64,000 bases of DNA, from NCBI RefSeq assembly GCF_009914755.1, contig NC_060933.1; one strand, given 5' to 3'. This DNA comes from the human T2T-CHM13v2.0 reference genome, Homo sapiens. The position numbers and the translations under genes are program-made. The notes beneath the pieces were generated by a model that saw only the letters and a program-made list of their open reading frames with translations, ran no database searches and was not told where the DNA came from. Below are positions 1-48,838 of this stretch, piece after piece (the first letter of the stretch is position 1; each line of letters starts with the position of its first letter).

Positions 1-289
1 CTTGCAAAGTTTTGTTGCATTGTTCTAGCGAAGAAACGGTACCTGCAAAGGCCATGGGGTGTTTCCTGCTATTCATTCATTCATTCAACAGCAGGTTCCT
101 GGAGTGTGGTGGGTGAGAGGAATAAGAGCCTGAGACAGGGCTGAAGAGATCAGCAACAGCACATTGTGCGAAACCCCTGTAGACACGATGACATAGAGTT
201 TGAATATTATCCAAAAGCATGTGGGAAGCCATTTCAAGGTTTCTTTCTTTCTTTCTCTCTCTCTCTTACTTTCTCTCTCTCTCTCTGTC

Positions 290-5540
<5,251 letters not shown>

Positions 5541-5984
5541 TCAGTATTTCTACAAGCAATGGAAGAGATTGCTGATTTTTGTTTGTTTTCAGTTAAATAC
5601 CAGGTAAGTTCAATGACTTGCTTTGACAGGACATCTTATATGAAAAATACCTATCTTTGAACACTAGAATCAAACTCAGGAAGTTGAGCTATGTACACTA
5701 TGATAGGTACAAGGGAAAGAGACCGGTTTGAGAGAACAGTGGATTCACAACTTCCATCTAACACGAATGTGATCCATATATACATGGAGAGCAGACATCT
5801 AAACAACTGGAAACACAGCAGAAGGGCATGCTTTTTCGAAATTGTTACCTTTCTCATTTTCGCTCAGTACCCATATAGCTGAACTCACGTAATGAAATGT
5901 TCATAGAATGTGACCCTATTCTCTGCTACAATTAGAGGGATTTGTGAAACTTTTGTCATTTAATAAAACCATTAGTTGTAATTA

Positions 5985-6106
5985 TTTATTAAATCAATTC
6001 ATATGTTCCTCTCTTTTCACATTCAAATACGTTTTAATAGGAATGGCAATATATTTTAATGCTCCAGAGGAAAGAGTAGAACTCTGGCCATTGTACATTC
6101 TTTATT
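5985..6106 (-). terminator. TTF1: Candidate TTF1 polyadenylation signals (AATAAA at 6101-6106 and 5985-5990)
   Basis: tttatt on the + strand in AT-rich sequence ~280 and ~390 nt past the stop codon. Confidence 0.7.
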
Positions 6107-6380
6107 AAACATCAATACTGAAAACAGATTTACTGACATATGTATATAAATATAATCAAACTGAGAAAAAGGGACAAGAAATAGTAATCTCTCTCTCTCA
6201 TGCGGTGGTGCGATCTTGGCTCACTGCAACCTCCACCTCCTGGGTTCAAGCAATTCTCCTGCCTCAGCCTCCCAAGTAGTTGAAATTACAGGTGTGCACT
6301 ACCACACCCGGCTAATTTTCGCATTTTTAATAGTGACAGGTCTTCACCATGTTGGTCAGGCCGGTCTCGAACTCCTGACC

Positions 6381-33605
<27,225 letters not shown>

Positions 33606-35192
33606 TATTTTTGCATTTTAAACATAGCCTCAGCGGAAAAAATCACAGCAAAATGAAATTGTATGACAAATGACAAGCCTGTAGTCATGATTACAAATTT
33701 CAGATTATTCTAGATACACAGGTGGCTCACTGGAATTCTCTCTGTCTGGTCCCACTGCCTTTATGATAGAGAAAAAAAGAGTTAACAGAGAACAACAGTG
33801 CCTTGCACCATAAGGCCCCTGTCCCCCACAGCCTCACCTCTGAACTCGTCTTTCCAACTCTGCGTTTAAGCCAAAAGCAGCTTGTTTTGCTTCCTCAAAC
33901 GTGCCATAACCTTTCCCCCCCAGCTCTCCATGAAATTCTCTCCACAGCCTCCCCACCCTCCTTGCCTCCTGCCATCCTTCAGAGCTTGGTTTGAAGATCA
34001 GTTCTTCAAAAAGTTTTCCCTGATTCCTTGGGCTTGGCCTGATTCCCAAGTAATATACTTTCATATTTAAAAAAGAAACATTTATTTAGTCATTTACAGG
34101 CTGTCTTCTCTGCTTTAAAAAAAAAAGACAAAGAAAAAAGAAAACAAGGAAGAAAAAGATGGTTTATCTGTCTTGTTCCCCTCTGTGTTTGTACCATGGA
34201 GAAGCCATTAGACTCCATTCGAGTGCAGGATCCACAAAAGGGCTTCGCAGTGGGGATATCAGGTATCCACTGACCTCAAACCAGAAGTTGGCCTCTTTGT
34301 GAAAGAAGTTGGATATGCCTTGTTAGTGTCCAACAAAGAGCGGACGTTCTGCGATACACTGGAATAAATTTCACAAGCCACTAACGTTAATACTCACATA
34401 CAGGGTGTGTGCACTTGGAATTAAAATACAGAAATATAAATGCACTTTCCAAAAGAGATGATTAAAAATATAATTTTGCAAACATGTCTTATTGTTCTCT
34501 TTGCTCTGTATTGCTTCTGGGTTTCATTTTTTTAGATTTATCTTTGGCTAAATAACACATTTACGTCGTACAAAAATAAAAATGATCTTCATATTTCCTC
34601 TCCTTTTTTACACAGAAGGTTAACATCTATATATTGTGATCTGCATTTGCTATTTTCACCTAACAACATAGATCCTGGAGCTCTCTCTATATCAGCGGTC
34701 TTTAAAGTCTCAATGCTAAGCACATTTTCTACAGAAGCTACCTAATTTATCCGGGGTAGTAAATATCAGCTGTATTAGACAAGGAATATGTTACTCCCCC
34801 AAGTCTAACACACCTACTTGCACTGCCACATCCTCTCTCTCTCTCTCTCGCTGCAACAAAGGAAGTGTCCCTTCTGTCAAAGGCTATTTCCTTCCGTTAT
34901 AGGAAGGAAAATGTGTGCTGGCTCCCAACCCTCTCCTGCCTTCTCAGAGAGATGGTGGTCTCTCCGTATCTTCTCTCTCATCTCTCTCCTGTATCTTCAG
35001 CCTGCGTTTTCTAGCAAAATGCCAACAATATTTAATCTCCTCTAACTTAAAAAAAAAATGCAACTGTCGTTTAACCCTAAAGTCTCATCCAGCTGTTCTC
35101 TTTCTTCCCCTTCACAGCAACATTTCCTGAAAGAGAAATCACTCTTTCCATTACCTCACCTTTCATCCACTTATTAACCCACATCCTGGTAG

Positions 35193-37077
<1,885 letters not shown>

Positions 37078-37179
37078 TCAGTTTCCCCGAGATAAGGCCT
37101 GGGGCAAAGACCGAGGCCTGGAGACCTCAGGCCAAAAGGCGGGTCTCCCAGAAGACGGGGAAACCCACCACCCCACGCT

Positions 37180-37420
37180 GAGTTTTTACGCGCGCATTTT
37201 GAAAAACAGAAACAACAAAGGCGCTTTCAACTTACCCTCCGAAAGCACCGCCACCTTTCTCCCAACCCGGAAGTGCTGCTGTTGAGGAAGCGGAAGTAGT
37301 AGTGCGTCGCCTTCCGGCCCCCTCGGCGTCACGCTGCCATGGTAACACGGCTGCCGCTAGGCCTTGGAGGCGCGCACATTTGCCTACCCATTTCCCTTCT
37401 GGGTCCTTTAGACGTCAGGT
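37180..37420 (-). promoter_or_regulatory. TTF1 core promoter: ETS/GABP sites, half-CRE, RFX X-box
   Basis: CCGGAAGT 37267-74, GCGGAAGT 37290-97, CTTCCGG 37311-17, CGTCA 37327-31, GCTGCCATGGTAAC 37333-46; CpG-rich, no obvious TATA. Confidence 0.8.
37236..37300 (-). other. TTF1: TTF1 exon 1 (non-coding); TSS position approximate
   Basis: Donor GAGG|GTAAGT at 37236/37235 in a CpG-rich, ETS-motif promoter. The 5' end cannot be fixed from sequence. Confidence 0.8.
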
Positions 37421-37479
37421 GGGGTAGAGAGTGCTCCTGAAACGAAGAAAGTAGGACAGAATCCCCCTCCATTGACGTA

Positions 37480-37965
37480 CTAATGCATGCGTGCATTCCA
37501 TTTATTCCAGTTTTTGGTGAACTCCAGGAACAACTTGGGAAGACAGATGACAAATCAACTAAGATAATTTCAGATTATCTTGTAAGGAAAATAAAACAGG
37601 GTGACGTGATGGAGAGTGACTAGGGGACGGTGGGTGCTACTTTAGATGTAAGAGAGGGCTCACTGAGGAGTGACATTTGAACTGAGTTCTAAATGGAAAG
37701 GGCAGGCAAAAAATCTAGGCAGAAGAGTGTTCCAGGCTGGAAGTGAGTGCAAAAGTCCTGAACTTGGTTGCTGGAGGACCTGGGACAAGGCCAGAGCAGC
37801 TGGAGCACAGAGTGAATCCACACAGTGAACCCACAGGGTGACAGACAGGTCGCACACGCCCAGCCTAAGTGAATGCATGTGAATGCAGGGGAGGGGGTGG
37901 GAGAGGAAGTCAGAGGTCTGCAGGGGCTATCTGGTGCAGAGGCTGATGGATGTTAAGCTTGGATG
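37480..37965 (-). mobile_element. L2 fragment upstream of the TTF1 TSS, interrupted at 37817-37870
   Basis: Typical antisense L2 text: GTGACATTTGAACTGAG, AAGAGTGTTCCAGGC, GGCCAGAGCAGCTGGAGC, GGAAGTCAGAG. Confidence 0.75.
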
Positions 37966-38983
37966 AAGTCTCAGAAGTTTAGAGTTAGCAGGACCTTTGG
38001 AGATCTATCCCAGTCTTCCCATTTCAACAGAGTCCTGAAGAGACAGCCAAAAGGGCAGCTTTAACCTGGCCATCAATTCGAGGCCATTATATTTACCAAC
38101 CAAACGTTTAACCTTTTTGGATAGTGAACATATACGATATAGGCAACAAGTTTTCTCACTTAATCCTTGTAATGAGGTATTATTAGCCCCACCTTGTGGA
38201 TGAGAAACCTGGGTTTACAGTAACTTGTCCAAGGTGACTTAAATGGGCCAGCCAGAAATCAGACCTATGCTCTTTCTACTACTCCACTATCTTGCCCCTC
38301 ACTGTTCCACCTGACTTCTATGTGATCTGCCAAGTGGCTTTGATTAAAAAATGCACAAACTATGCTTCCGTGAAAGTCTGGAAGGGAAGCAGGTTGGAGA
38401 AACGATGAGCCTATGTATGTACTCATGTTGCCATGCAAGGGCTGCTCTGGGATGTGGACGTGCAGTTGGAGCTCCGTCTGGAGAAGTCTGTAAATGTGGT
38501 GTTGTCCACTGTTGATATGGAAGGCCTTGAAGTCCAGGTCCGTCATTGGTGTCACGTGTTCTGTGGTGACCCCACTTACCCAGAGCCTTGTGGTGCTAGT
38601 GATGCATGAATGAACCCACAAAAGGCTGGCACTAGAGGAGAGATTAGATATCATCCAGTATCGATTCAGGAAAACTCCAATAGTGGTTTCCAATCCTCCT
38701 CCAACTGCACCAATCACCTGGGAAGCTTTTTTTTTTTTTTTTCAAATGCAGAGTCTCAACTTTGCAATGGATTTTATATTAAACACTATTGTATCACATT
38801 AAAATCTTCGGACATGATAATGACATTGTAGTTACACATGGGAATGTCCTTGCTACATGATGACGTACTTAGGGTTAAATATGGTGTTGACAGATATTTT
38901 TCAGGTGATTCTGTAATGTGTGTATGTGCATGCTCACAGAGAGAGAGCAAGAAAATGTGACCAGTGCTGGGGACGGGTGAATC

Positions 38984-39377
38984 TGTTAGTCCAAACTGCA
39001 CCATTTTGTAAGCCCCCTGCCATTTTGCAGACCTTGCTTAAAGTGAAACATTCCACGGGGGTTCAGGCAGTGAGAAACAGCCTGCCTCTTATCATATTCT
39101 GCTGGGAGAAAGTGACAGGAACATCACGTTCCACCAGAACAAGGGCCAAACTGCCTCATCATGGGAATACCTTATCAACATCTTCCCGGGCAGCAGGCCA
39201 TACCCACCGGGCCCCTCCCCGCCCAGGCCTATAATTTCTCCAGCCTGTAAGCAGCGGTAGGCACTGGCATTAAGCTGGTCTCCCACCTCTGTAGGTCTCA
39301 TGCTGGACATAAAGCCTGAATTTGCTGTAGAGCCGCCACTCTTTCTTTAACCCTCCCCTTCCCTTCAAAATCTAACC
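38984..39377 (+). mobile_element. Solo LTR (ERV1, LTR15-like) between the TTF1 and CFAP77 promoters, inserted in an L1M 3' end
   Basis: Starts TGTTAGTCCAAACTGCACCATTTTG; 5-bp TSD GAATC (38979-83 and 39378-82); host L1 motif GGTGAATC|TAGGTGAAG is split by it. Confidence 0.75.
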
Positions 39378-40369
39378 GAATCTAGGTGAAGCCTATATGT
39401 ATTTTCATTGTATTCTTCTTTCGACTTTCAACTTTTCTGTAGGTTTGAACTTTTTCACCAAGTTGTGGGTGGGTGGGTAAGGGGATTTTTAAAAATGCAG
39501 CATCTGGCCTGGTGAGGTGGCTCATGTCATTATCAGAGCAAGACTCCGTCTCTTAAAAAAAAAAAAAAAAAGGAGAGCCTCAGATGCCATTTCCAGATAT
39601 TCTGATTTAGTGAGTCTGGGGTGAGTCCTGTGAATCTTCGTTTTTCTTTTTTTGGCACATGGTCTCATTCTGTCATCCAGACTGGAATGTAGTTGCCGAA
39701 ACACGGCTCATTGTAGTCTCAACCTCCTCAAGTGATCCTCCTGCCTCAGCCTCCCCCATAGCTGGGACCACAGGTGTGTGCCAGCACACCTGGGTAATTT
39801 TTTTAATTTTTGGTAGAGATGAGACCTCACCATGTTGCCCATGCTGGTCTCAAACTCCTGGGCTCAGGCCATCCTCCCTCCTAGGCTTCCCAAAGCAATG
39901 GGATTACATGGGTGAGCAGCCAAGCCCAGCCCAAATCTGTATTTTTCAATTTCCCTTCATTCTGTTGCTTAAATTTGGGAACCATTGATGTAATCCAACT
40001 CTAGCGTTTCCTTGTCACCCATCTCACAGGAAAAAAAGAAAAAAAGCCCTTAGGATCCAAGAGGGTAACTTGCCCGAGTCCTCCCAGTGGGTCAGCATCA
40101 GCATCAGGCTTGGAATGCATTTAGTGCTCTGTCTCAGGTGTGTGTGTGGCGCAAAGAGCAGAGGTGGGGAGGGGTTGTGAGTGGAATGGGGGTGAGCAGA
40201 GGATGGAGTCTTCGACTTGGAAGACAAATGTAAATGACCCTCTATGAGCCACGCCGCTTTGAACGCAACCCACTGGAGATTCTCGGTTCTCCTGTATCGA
40301 TTCAGGAAAACTCCAAACAAGTCCACACTGGTAGCCACCAAGAGTTTCTTGAAAGAAAAGTACAAGCCG

Positions 40370-41420
<1,051 letters not shown>

Positions 41421-41685
41421 ATTTCTTACCCAAATTACAACCCTAAGAGAAAAAAAGCATAATCTTTGGCCTAGGAGGCTCCGCAGACAAGAATGAGGGA
41501 GCTGCGGTTTCGGGCTGGATCACTTTCCCTTCCATTACACTTCCCTCCTCCCCACCTTTAGCCTCGCTTCCCGCTGATGGGAAACCAACACTGCTGTGGC
41601 GGCCACACCTTCCCGGGGGCCACTGGAGAAGTCAGGCTGAGGCTTGGGGGTCAGGGAGCAAGCCTCGAGGCGAATTTATCTTGCG

Positions 41686-41699
41686 CCGCTGGAGGGCAG
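41686..41699 (+). promoter_or_regulatory. Candidate CTCF site
   Basis: CCGCTGGAGGGCAG closely matches the CTCF core, in CpG-rich context 0.8 kb into CFAP77 intron 1. Confidence 0.6.
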
Positions 41700-42303
41700 T
41701 GCGCCTTTAAAAATGCGCCCCGCGTCCCAGGTGCGGGAGTGGAAGGCGCAGGTGGTAACCGTGGATTCAACAACAATTATTTGTGTGACCGCCAGGCGCT
41801 GAGTAGAGCCCAGAGGTGGTGGTGGCGGTTTGTTTTTGTTTTGGGGAAAAGGGAACCCGTGCTAGAATTAACTGAGTTAATTGGCTCCTGGCAAAACATT
41901 GACTCCCTCCTCTTGCCTTCCCTAAACTCGGTCCTGAGAGGAGGAAGGATACTGCCTAGGCGCAGGCTGCACCTGGGGGAGGCTGGCTTCCCACACTCGT
42001 GCCTTTCCATCGAATAGGCTCCTTTCTTAGGCCTCTCAAAGTGGAACAAGGTCCTTCACTTACTTCTACGTGAGAAGAGCCACTCTGAGTGGACAGGCAG
42101 GACAGGCAGGTGGGGCCCATTATTCTTGGATGAAGGAGAGAATCACGTCCGCCACCTCTGACTACCTGCATTAAGGTTAGGTCGTTGCTTTTGTTCAAGT
42201 AGTTAGTAGTGAGCCAACTTCTTCCTACTGAAGTGTAAAGTGAGGGCGTATGGAGTTATTCTCCATGGTGAGTTAGTGTGTGGTGCCCACGCTGAGCAAT
42301 ATG

Positions 42304-42304
42304 T

Positions 42305-42335
<31 letters not shown>

Positions 42336-42452
42336 TGCATATGCATTTGTGTATGCACCCATATAACATACCGTTTACATCTATCATATATACATGTATG
42401 CATATGTATAATATACATGTACATATGTGTAAAATGTATGTACATATATGTA
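42304..42452. repeat. (CA)n microsatellite followed by a TA/CA/TG low-complexity tract
   Basis: Directly visible. Confidence 0.92.
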
Positions 42453-44937
42453 AATTTCCCCCTTCTTTTCCTTTTTCCTTTTGCTTCCCCCGCCCCACCC
42501 AGCTATATCGAGGACAACATTTGGCCTCTGGATGGCACTAGCTAAACAGCTTCTAGGACCAATTCAATCCCTGATTTCTGAACCCAAGCTTAGGGTCGGA
42601 AAATGTACAGGAGGTGACTCACCCACGACTGGGGTTCTGTCTTCAGGGCACGAGATGCAGAGCAGGTCTGCCCTGGCCCCTGGTGACCATGCTGGAGCAG
42701 CAGGGACCCACGTCCAGGCTCGTGCTCTCTGATGATGGAGCCTGGGGTTCTCTTCTTCCACCAAGGACAGCCAGGGGGCAGCCTTTACCTCTGGCTTTCC
42801 TTCGTGGGTTCTTCGGGGTCTTTAAGGTACTTTCTGGAGCAGTTAAGATGACGTCCACTTTTCAGTATTTACCATATATAATATTAGAATATCTTATAAC
42901 TTTAGAGGTCAAAACCTGACATAAATAAAAGTTGGCAGAGAAATTGACCGCAAAAGGGAACCTTGACTGTTATCTTTTCTGGACCCTTTTTGCAAATGAG
43001 CACACTGAAGCCACCTCTGTTGTTTTTTTTTGGGTTTTTTTGTTTGTTTGTTTTGTGCTTTTTTTTGTTTGTTTGTTTGTTTGTTTTGCTCAAGGTTTTG
43101 GCAGAGATTGGGTTTGCAGCTTCGTTTGCTAACTCCCAGCCCAGCATTATTTTTACCACTTCAAACAGCTTCCTATATTAGTTTTTTTAAAAAAATTATG
43201 AAACAACTTTGGTGTTTTTGACTAAAGAAAAAGAGAAAATGGAAAATATGTGAGGTTGTGGAGCTTTAAGATTTTTTTCTTTTCATGTTATGGAAATTTC
43301 TACTGAGCTTGGCTTGTGGATTTCTTCATTGTGGCATGTCAGTTTCACCATCATAGATTTTCAGCTCCCCGTAGTAGTGTGTGCCTTTCCGCTATGTATG
43401 GTAGAGGTTGGGAGTGCACTCTGCCGTGGTGTCTTTAGGAGGGTGATTAGAACTAAAGTATATTTTGGTTTTGTCTAAGTCTGAACCTGAAGGTGTGCAT
43501 TGGAAGACTATAGCACCTTAGAAATAGGCATTTATTCTACCATATTGGGGGGTTGTTTCGTGGGTTGTTTTCTCCAATGAATAGGATCAGCATTTTTTTT
43601 CATTTAAAATGTAGAAATACTGACTGAACAAACTCAACAGTGTTATTTCACATCCATAAAATTTACCAGGATGTATACACATCAGTTATTCAAGAACACG
43701 TCTGCAAGTTGCCACCATAACCAAGTGAAAAGTGAAAAACTGAGACATCCAAGCAGGTATTTTATCTACAGATGCTCAACAACCATTTGCCTCATTTAAA
43801 ACCAAGTCAACTGGTTATTTAATAGGAGTGACTGAATCAAGTCGGTGTTTTACATGGCCATAAAAGATGTAAATATTTTCCATTAGAAAGGGTTTCAACT
43901 CTAGTATAGACAGTGATGTGCAGTTAGCCCGTTTTCCTTCAAATGTGACTCTCTGGAAAGAATAAAATTAAATAGAGAAAGAACCAAGCTTCTCCCTGCT
44001 TGGTTCTCATTTCCCCAGAATTCTGTGACTCCACATAGAATCCTGCTACAATAGCCTTCAAGACTCCTTCACAAAACCTGTCAGGGTTGCACCTTTCCTG
44101 CCATCGGAACTCAGCTGATAACCTGTCAATACAATTATAGGGAGAGACTGCTTGGTTTGCTCCCCTGACAGCCTTGGATCTTCTGTCTCCCTGGAGAGGC
44201 TGCCTATGTACGGGGGTGGAATTTATGGAATCGAGCACCCTTAGAAAGTGTAAAAGATCGTAGCACCCGATTTTTTCATAATTTATTATTGACTTTGTTT
44301 TTCTGTGAGGTTTTATGTAACCAATAAGAAGTGCATGCATTTTTAAAATAGAGTCATAGAGCAGACACGGCATTTGGGGCTGGAAGACATCTTACAGACA
44401 TCTAGTCCACCTCCTTTTTTGAGGAGATCAAGGCCCAGCGAGGGGAACAGACTCATCCGAGGTGCTATCCTCACCTGGTGGCAGAATTGGGATGAGACTA
44501 AGGTCTCCTGGCTTCCAGCCCCACGTTCTTTTGGCCACAACATATGATTAATTAACCAATGACAATCCAGATTGGTGACATCATGTATAGCAGGCAGTCA
44601 AAAAGTGTTCACAGATGAATCAGATCCCAATATCATTTCATTCAATGTTCCTTCCAAAGTGAGCTCTACTGATTTCTTAGGACTTCTTGACGGCCAAGAA
44701 ATATTTGTTGAAGGTTTGTCAAGTGCCCAGTGCCATCCTGAGCTTTCCTGGGGGCATAGAAACAAGTTTAGAATTCAGCGTTGCTGAATTTCACAGGAGT
44801 TAACCATTTACTATTTAGCTGGGGAGATGGGATACATGCACACGTTTATAACTGTGCAGATAGAGATGAATGCGAAGAGGCAGGCAGCTTAGCACAGCAC
44901 CTGCTGTAAGGAAAGCTCTTGGGAAATGTTAGCTCTT

Positions 44938-44940
<3 letters not shown>

Positions 44941-44981
<41 letters not shown>
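44941..44981. repeat. (CA)20 microsatellite
   Basis: Uninterrupted CA run. Confidence 0.97.
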
Positions 44982-44984
<3 letters not shown>

Positions 44985-46767
44985 GGTATGCACAAATAAG
45001 ACAGGCATTGTGATGGGTCCCCACCCCCGTAAGTTTTCAAGTGAGCTGCATTGCCCGGAAGAGTTCAGATTTGCAGGAAGGGAGTTCTGGGCAGGTCTCA
45101 GGGACCTGGAACCAGACCTTGAAAAGTGAAAAAGCAGAGTTGGGAAAGTCATTCAGCTCCATTCCGCCCTCCTCGGCTCCTAAATGCTTGTAGGTTTTCA
45201 CCCCAACTTGAGTCCTAGTTTACAAGACCCAGTGCTGCCGCTGGGATCATTATCATTATCATCACGAGGAAGCGTTTATTTAGAGCCAGTGTGTTCAAAT
45301 TGGATGCTCTACAAAATTAGGCAACCACACCATGCCCACTAATAGCTTAACATCTCTAATAAATATTGATGCTGGCGAACATAAAGGCACGGAGAGGGAC
45401 CAACACAAAGAAGGCAGGCAGACAAAAGCCCAGTTGTACAAATATCCCAGCATGGGTCAGTATTTTTATTACATTTGAGTACAATCTGAAAATGTTACAC
45501 GCAGCTTTATTGTTGAAGAGAATATACCCCTGATTGCTCCAGTCCTTTTACATTCAATTACAATGTAATAGGAGAAAATAAAACCTTAGGAAGGGATTTA
45601 AAAATGAGCTGCCCATCCTAATGGCCCCATCTTGGAGGGCCAGTGGGTCAGTTTCATTTTTCTAGAGAGTGCCGTGGGTTGATCCATCCTTGCAACTCTC
45701 TCCCTCATGGCCCTTTTTTCCTTTTTTCTTCTTTTTAAACCAAAGTCTCCCACTTCTGGGTGCCCAGGTACATCCTTCAGTGAGTCGGGCTGAGGCAGGA
45801 AACTAACCCCCCCGCCCAGCTCCGTGGCCATTTCAGAAAGCCGAGCTGCCCCCTTCACCGGCTCGTCACCACCCTGGGGCAGCCACTGCCCTGCCGGAGG
45901 AGCCTGCTGTCCTCTTTGTCCCTCTGAAGAAGGTGTGCTTTGGCTTTGAAGCGTTAATTAAGCGCAGACCTCAGCACTCAGGTTCCTCCTGTTGAACTCA
46001 GCACTTTCCTATTACGTGGCTCTCAGAACACTGCGGTGGCGTGGCAGGAAGGCCGTTCCTCCAGGAAAAATTCTGAGGCTGGGGTGAACTAATCAGAGGT
46101 CTCTTCTCACACCTTCCAGAGCATTCCAGGCTCAAGCGTTGCTCACTGTATAATCCTGCCTGCTTGTTCCTTATTTTGAAAGACAAAGTTTTCCTCATTT
46201 ACAACTGACCTTGCGGACGAAATTTCAAAACCCCGTTTTCTATTGCAGTGGTTTGCAAACTGTTCTGTGGTCTTCAGGAGCATTGGAGGTCTCGTGAAGT
46301 GTCTGATTCAAACAGCCTTTTAAGAAAATGCATCTTTATATTTAAAGTTTAATAAAAACATCAAGATAATTAAATGTATTTTATATCAAATGCTAACAAT
46401 GGAGACCACCAACATGTTAGCTATGCTTGGAGTTTCCTAGCTTTGGGGTGTTAGTTCTCTGTGTTTGTGTGTGTGTAATGCTTGTAAAATGTGTCACAGA
46501 CAATGAACATTGTAACCAGGCATAGGACTTTGGGCTGAGCGAATCCCTTGGAGTAGGACAGTGTGCTGAGGGCTTTGCGGTGGTCCCTGAGACCTGGGCT
46601 GTGTTAAACCTTAGACCCGTCTGCTGGGCTCTCACTCCTGCCTCAAGAATCTCAGGTTGGCTGGACAAAAACAAGGGAGGCACACAGTCACACTCATCCA
46701 GTGTCTGGTTGATTTTTGGCATATGCTATAACTGTTGATATGCTATAACTGTTGAGTGCTTCTTATC

Positions 46768-47097
<330 letters not shown>

Positions 47098-47506
47098 TGA
47101 GACGGAGTCTCACTCTGTTGCCCAGGCTGGAGTGCAGTGGTGCAGTCTTGCTCACAGCAGCCTTCGCCTCCTGGGTTCAAGTGATTCTCCTGCCTCAGCC
47201 ACCCGAGTAGCTGGAATTACAGGCGTACACCACCACATCTGGCTAATTTTTGTATTTTTAGTAGAGACAGGGTTTCACCACGTTGGCCAGGCTGGTCCGA
47301 ACTCCTGACCTCAAGTGATCTGTCCGCTTCAGCCTTCCAAAGTGCTGGGATTACAGGTGTGAGCCACTGTGCCCGGCTGATCTTTTGTATTAGTTTTTTT
47401 TAATGCCAGCGTTTGTTGGTCATTGGTAATGATTCAACTTTAAATAAAATTGTCCTTGGAGTCTTCCTTCAAGCTCCTGCATCAGTATGTGAAGACCACA
47501 GTATAA

Positions 47507-47835
<329 letters not shown>

Positions 47836-48611
47836 TGAGCCACCATGTCTGGCCGCAGTTTTTCTTTTCACACAACTACAAAAGATATCGAAATAGGTTG
47901 GCTGCCCAGGCAGATAGAAAACTGCACCTACTTCAGCAGAGAGGAAGGCCAGCAGTGTGGTATAGATGCCAGGTTGGAGCCAGCAGATCCTAGAGTGAGT
48001 TCTGTCTCAGCCACTTACTGGCTCTGCCACCCACGAGACTATTTACCCTTTAATCCTCAGTTTCCCCTAATTTAAAATGGAATGGTAATAGTTAGCACCC
48101 CAGCATGGGAGAGTTTTGAGGGTTCAGTGAGACAGTGCAGGCAGGGTCTGGCCCAGGAAAGAGCTTAATAAGTGAGCATTTTGTTATTTTCCATTATCCC
48201 GAGTCCAAATATTTATGTTTCTCAAAGCTACCTTATTGTTCTCAGCAATTGACTTTAAGTCAACGTTAAATGTCTGAACTTATAAAGAAACAGAGAATGA
48301 GACAAATCCACCCAAGTGCTTACATTTTCCCCCCTTTCTGCTCTCACTGAAAAATACTGTCACCCACCTCATCTCTTGTTTCCTGTGGCCATGTGCCCTA
48401 GTTGCGAGTGAAACCATCCAATTTCTAGCACTCATGCCGAGCTTACCCTTGAGGGTTCTTGGGCAAGTGGCTTAATTTCTCAGCCTGGGTTTCCTTATTT
48501 GGAGAGTCTGGGTACTAAGACCTACCCTACCTACATCTCAAGGTTGTAACGTGGTCGGATTCAAATGAGATACTATATGATGGAAGAGATTATGGCAAAG
48601 TGGAACGAGGC

Positions 48612-48838
48612 CAGGAGTTCTTAATTGAGGGGGGCAGTTTTGCTCCCCAGGGAACACTGGGCCACGTCTGGAGACATTTTTGGTTATTACACCTGGCGAG
48701 GGGGTGCTGGTGGCATCTGGTGGGCAGAGGACAGAGATGCTGCTCAGCATCCTGCTATACACTGGACAGCGCTCCCAACCCCAAAACAAGGAATCCTCTG
48801 GTCCCAAATGTCAATAGTGCCAAGGCTGAGAAGCCCCA
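48612..48838. mobile_element. MER20 hAT-Charlie element
   Basis: Diagnostic TCTGGAGACATTTTTGGTT, GGCATCTGGTGGGCAGAGG and CCAAATGTCAATAGTGCCAAGGCTGAGAA motifs. Confidence 0.85.

Noticed and set aside
37848-37860. AGGTCG in the duplicated 52-mer as an autoregulatory TTF1 Sal box
   Set aside because: Lacks the GGTCGACCAG core; the only GTCGAC I noticed (~18058) also lacks Sal-box flanks.
38265-38717. 150-aa minus-strand ORF between the promoters
   Set aside because: No recognisable homology or exon structure.
43939-44373. 144-aa minus-strand ORF in CFAP77 intron 1
   Set aside because: No recognisable domain or splice signals; likely chance.
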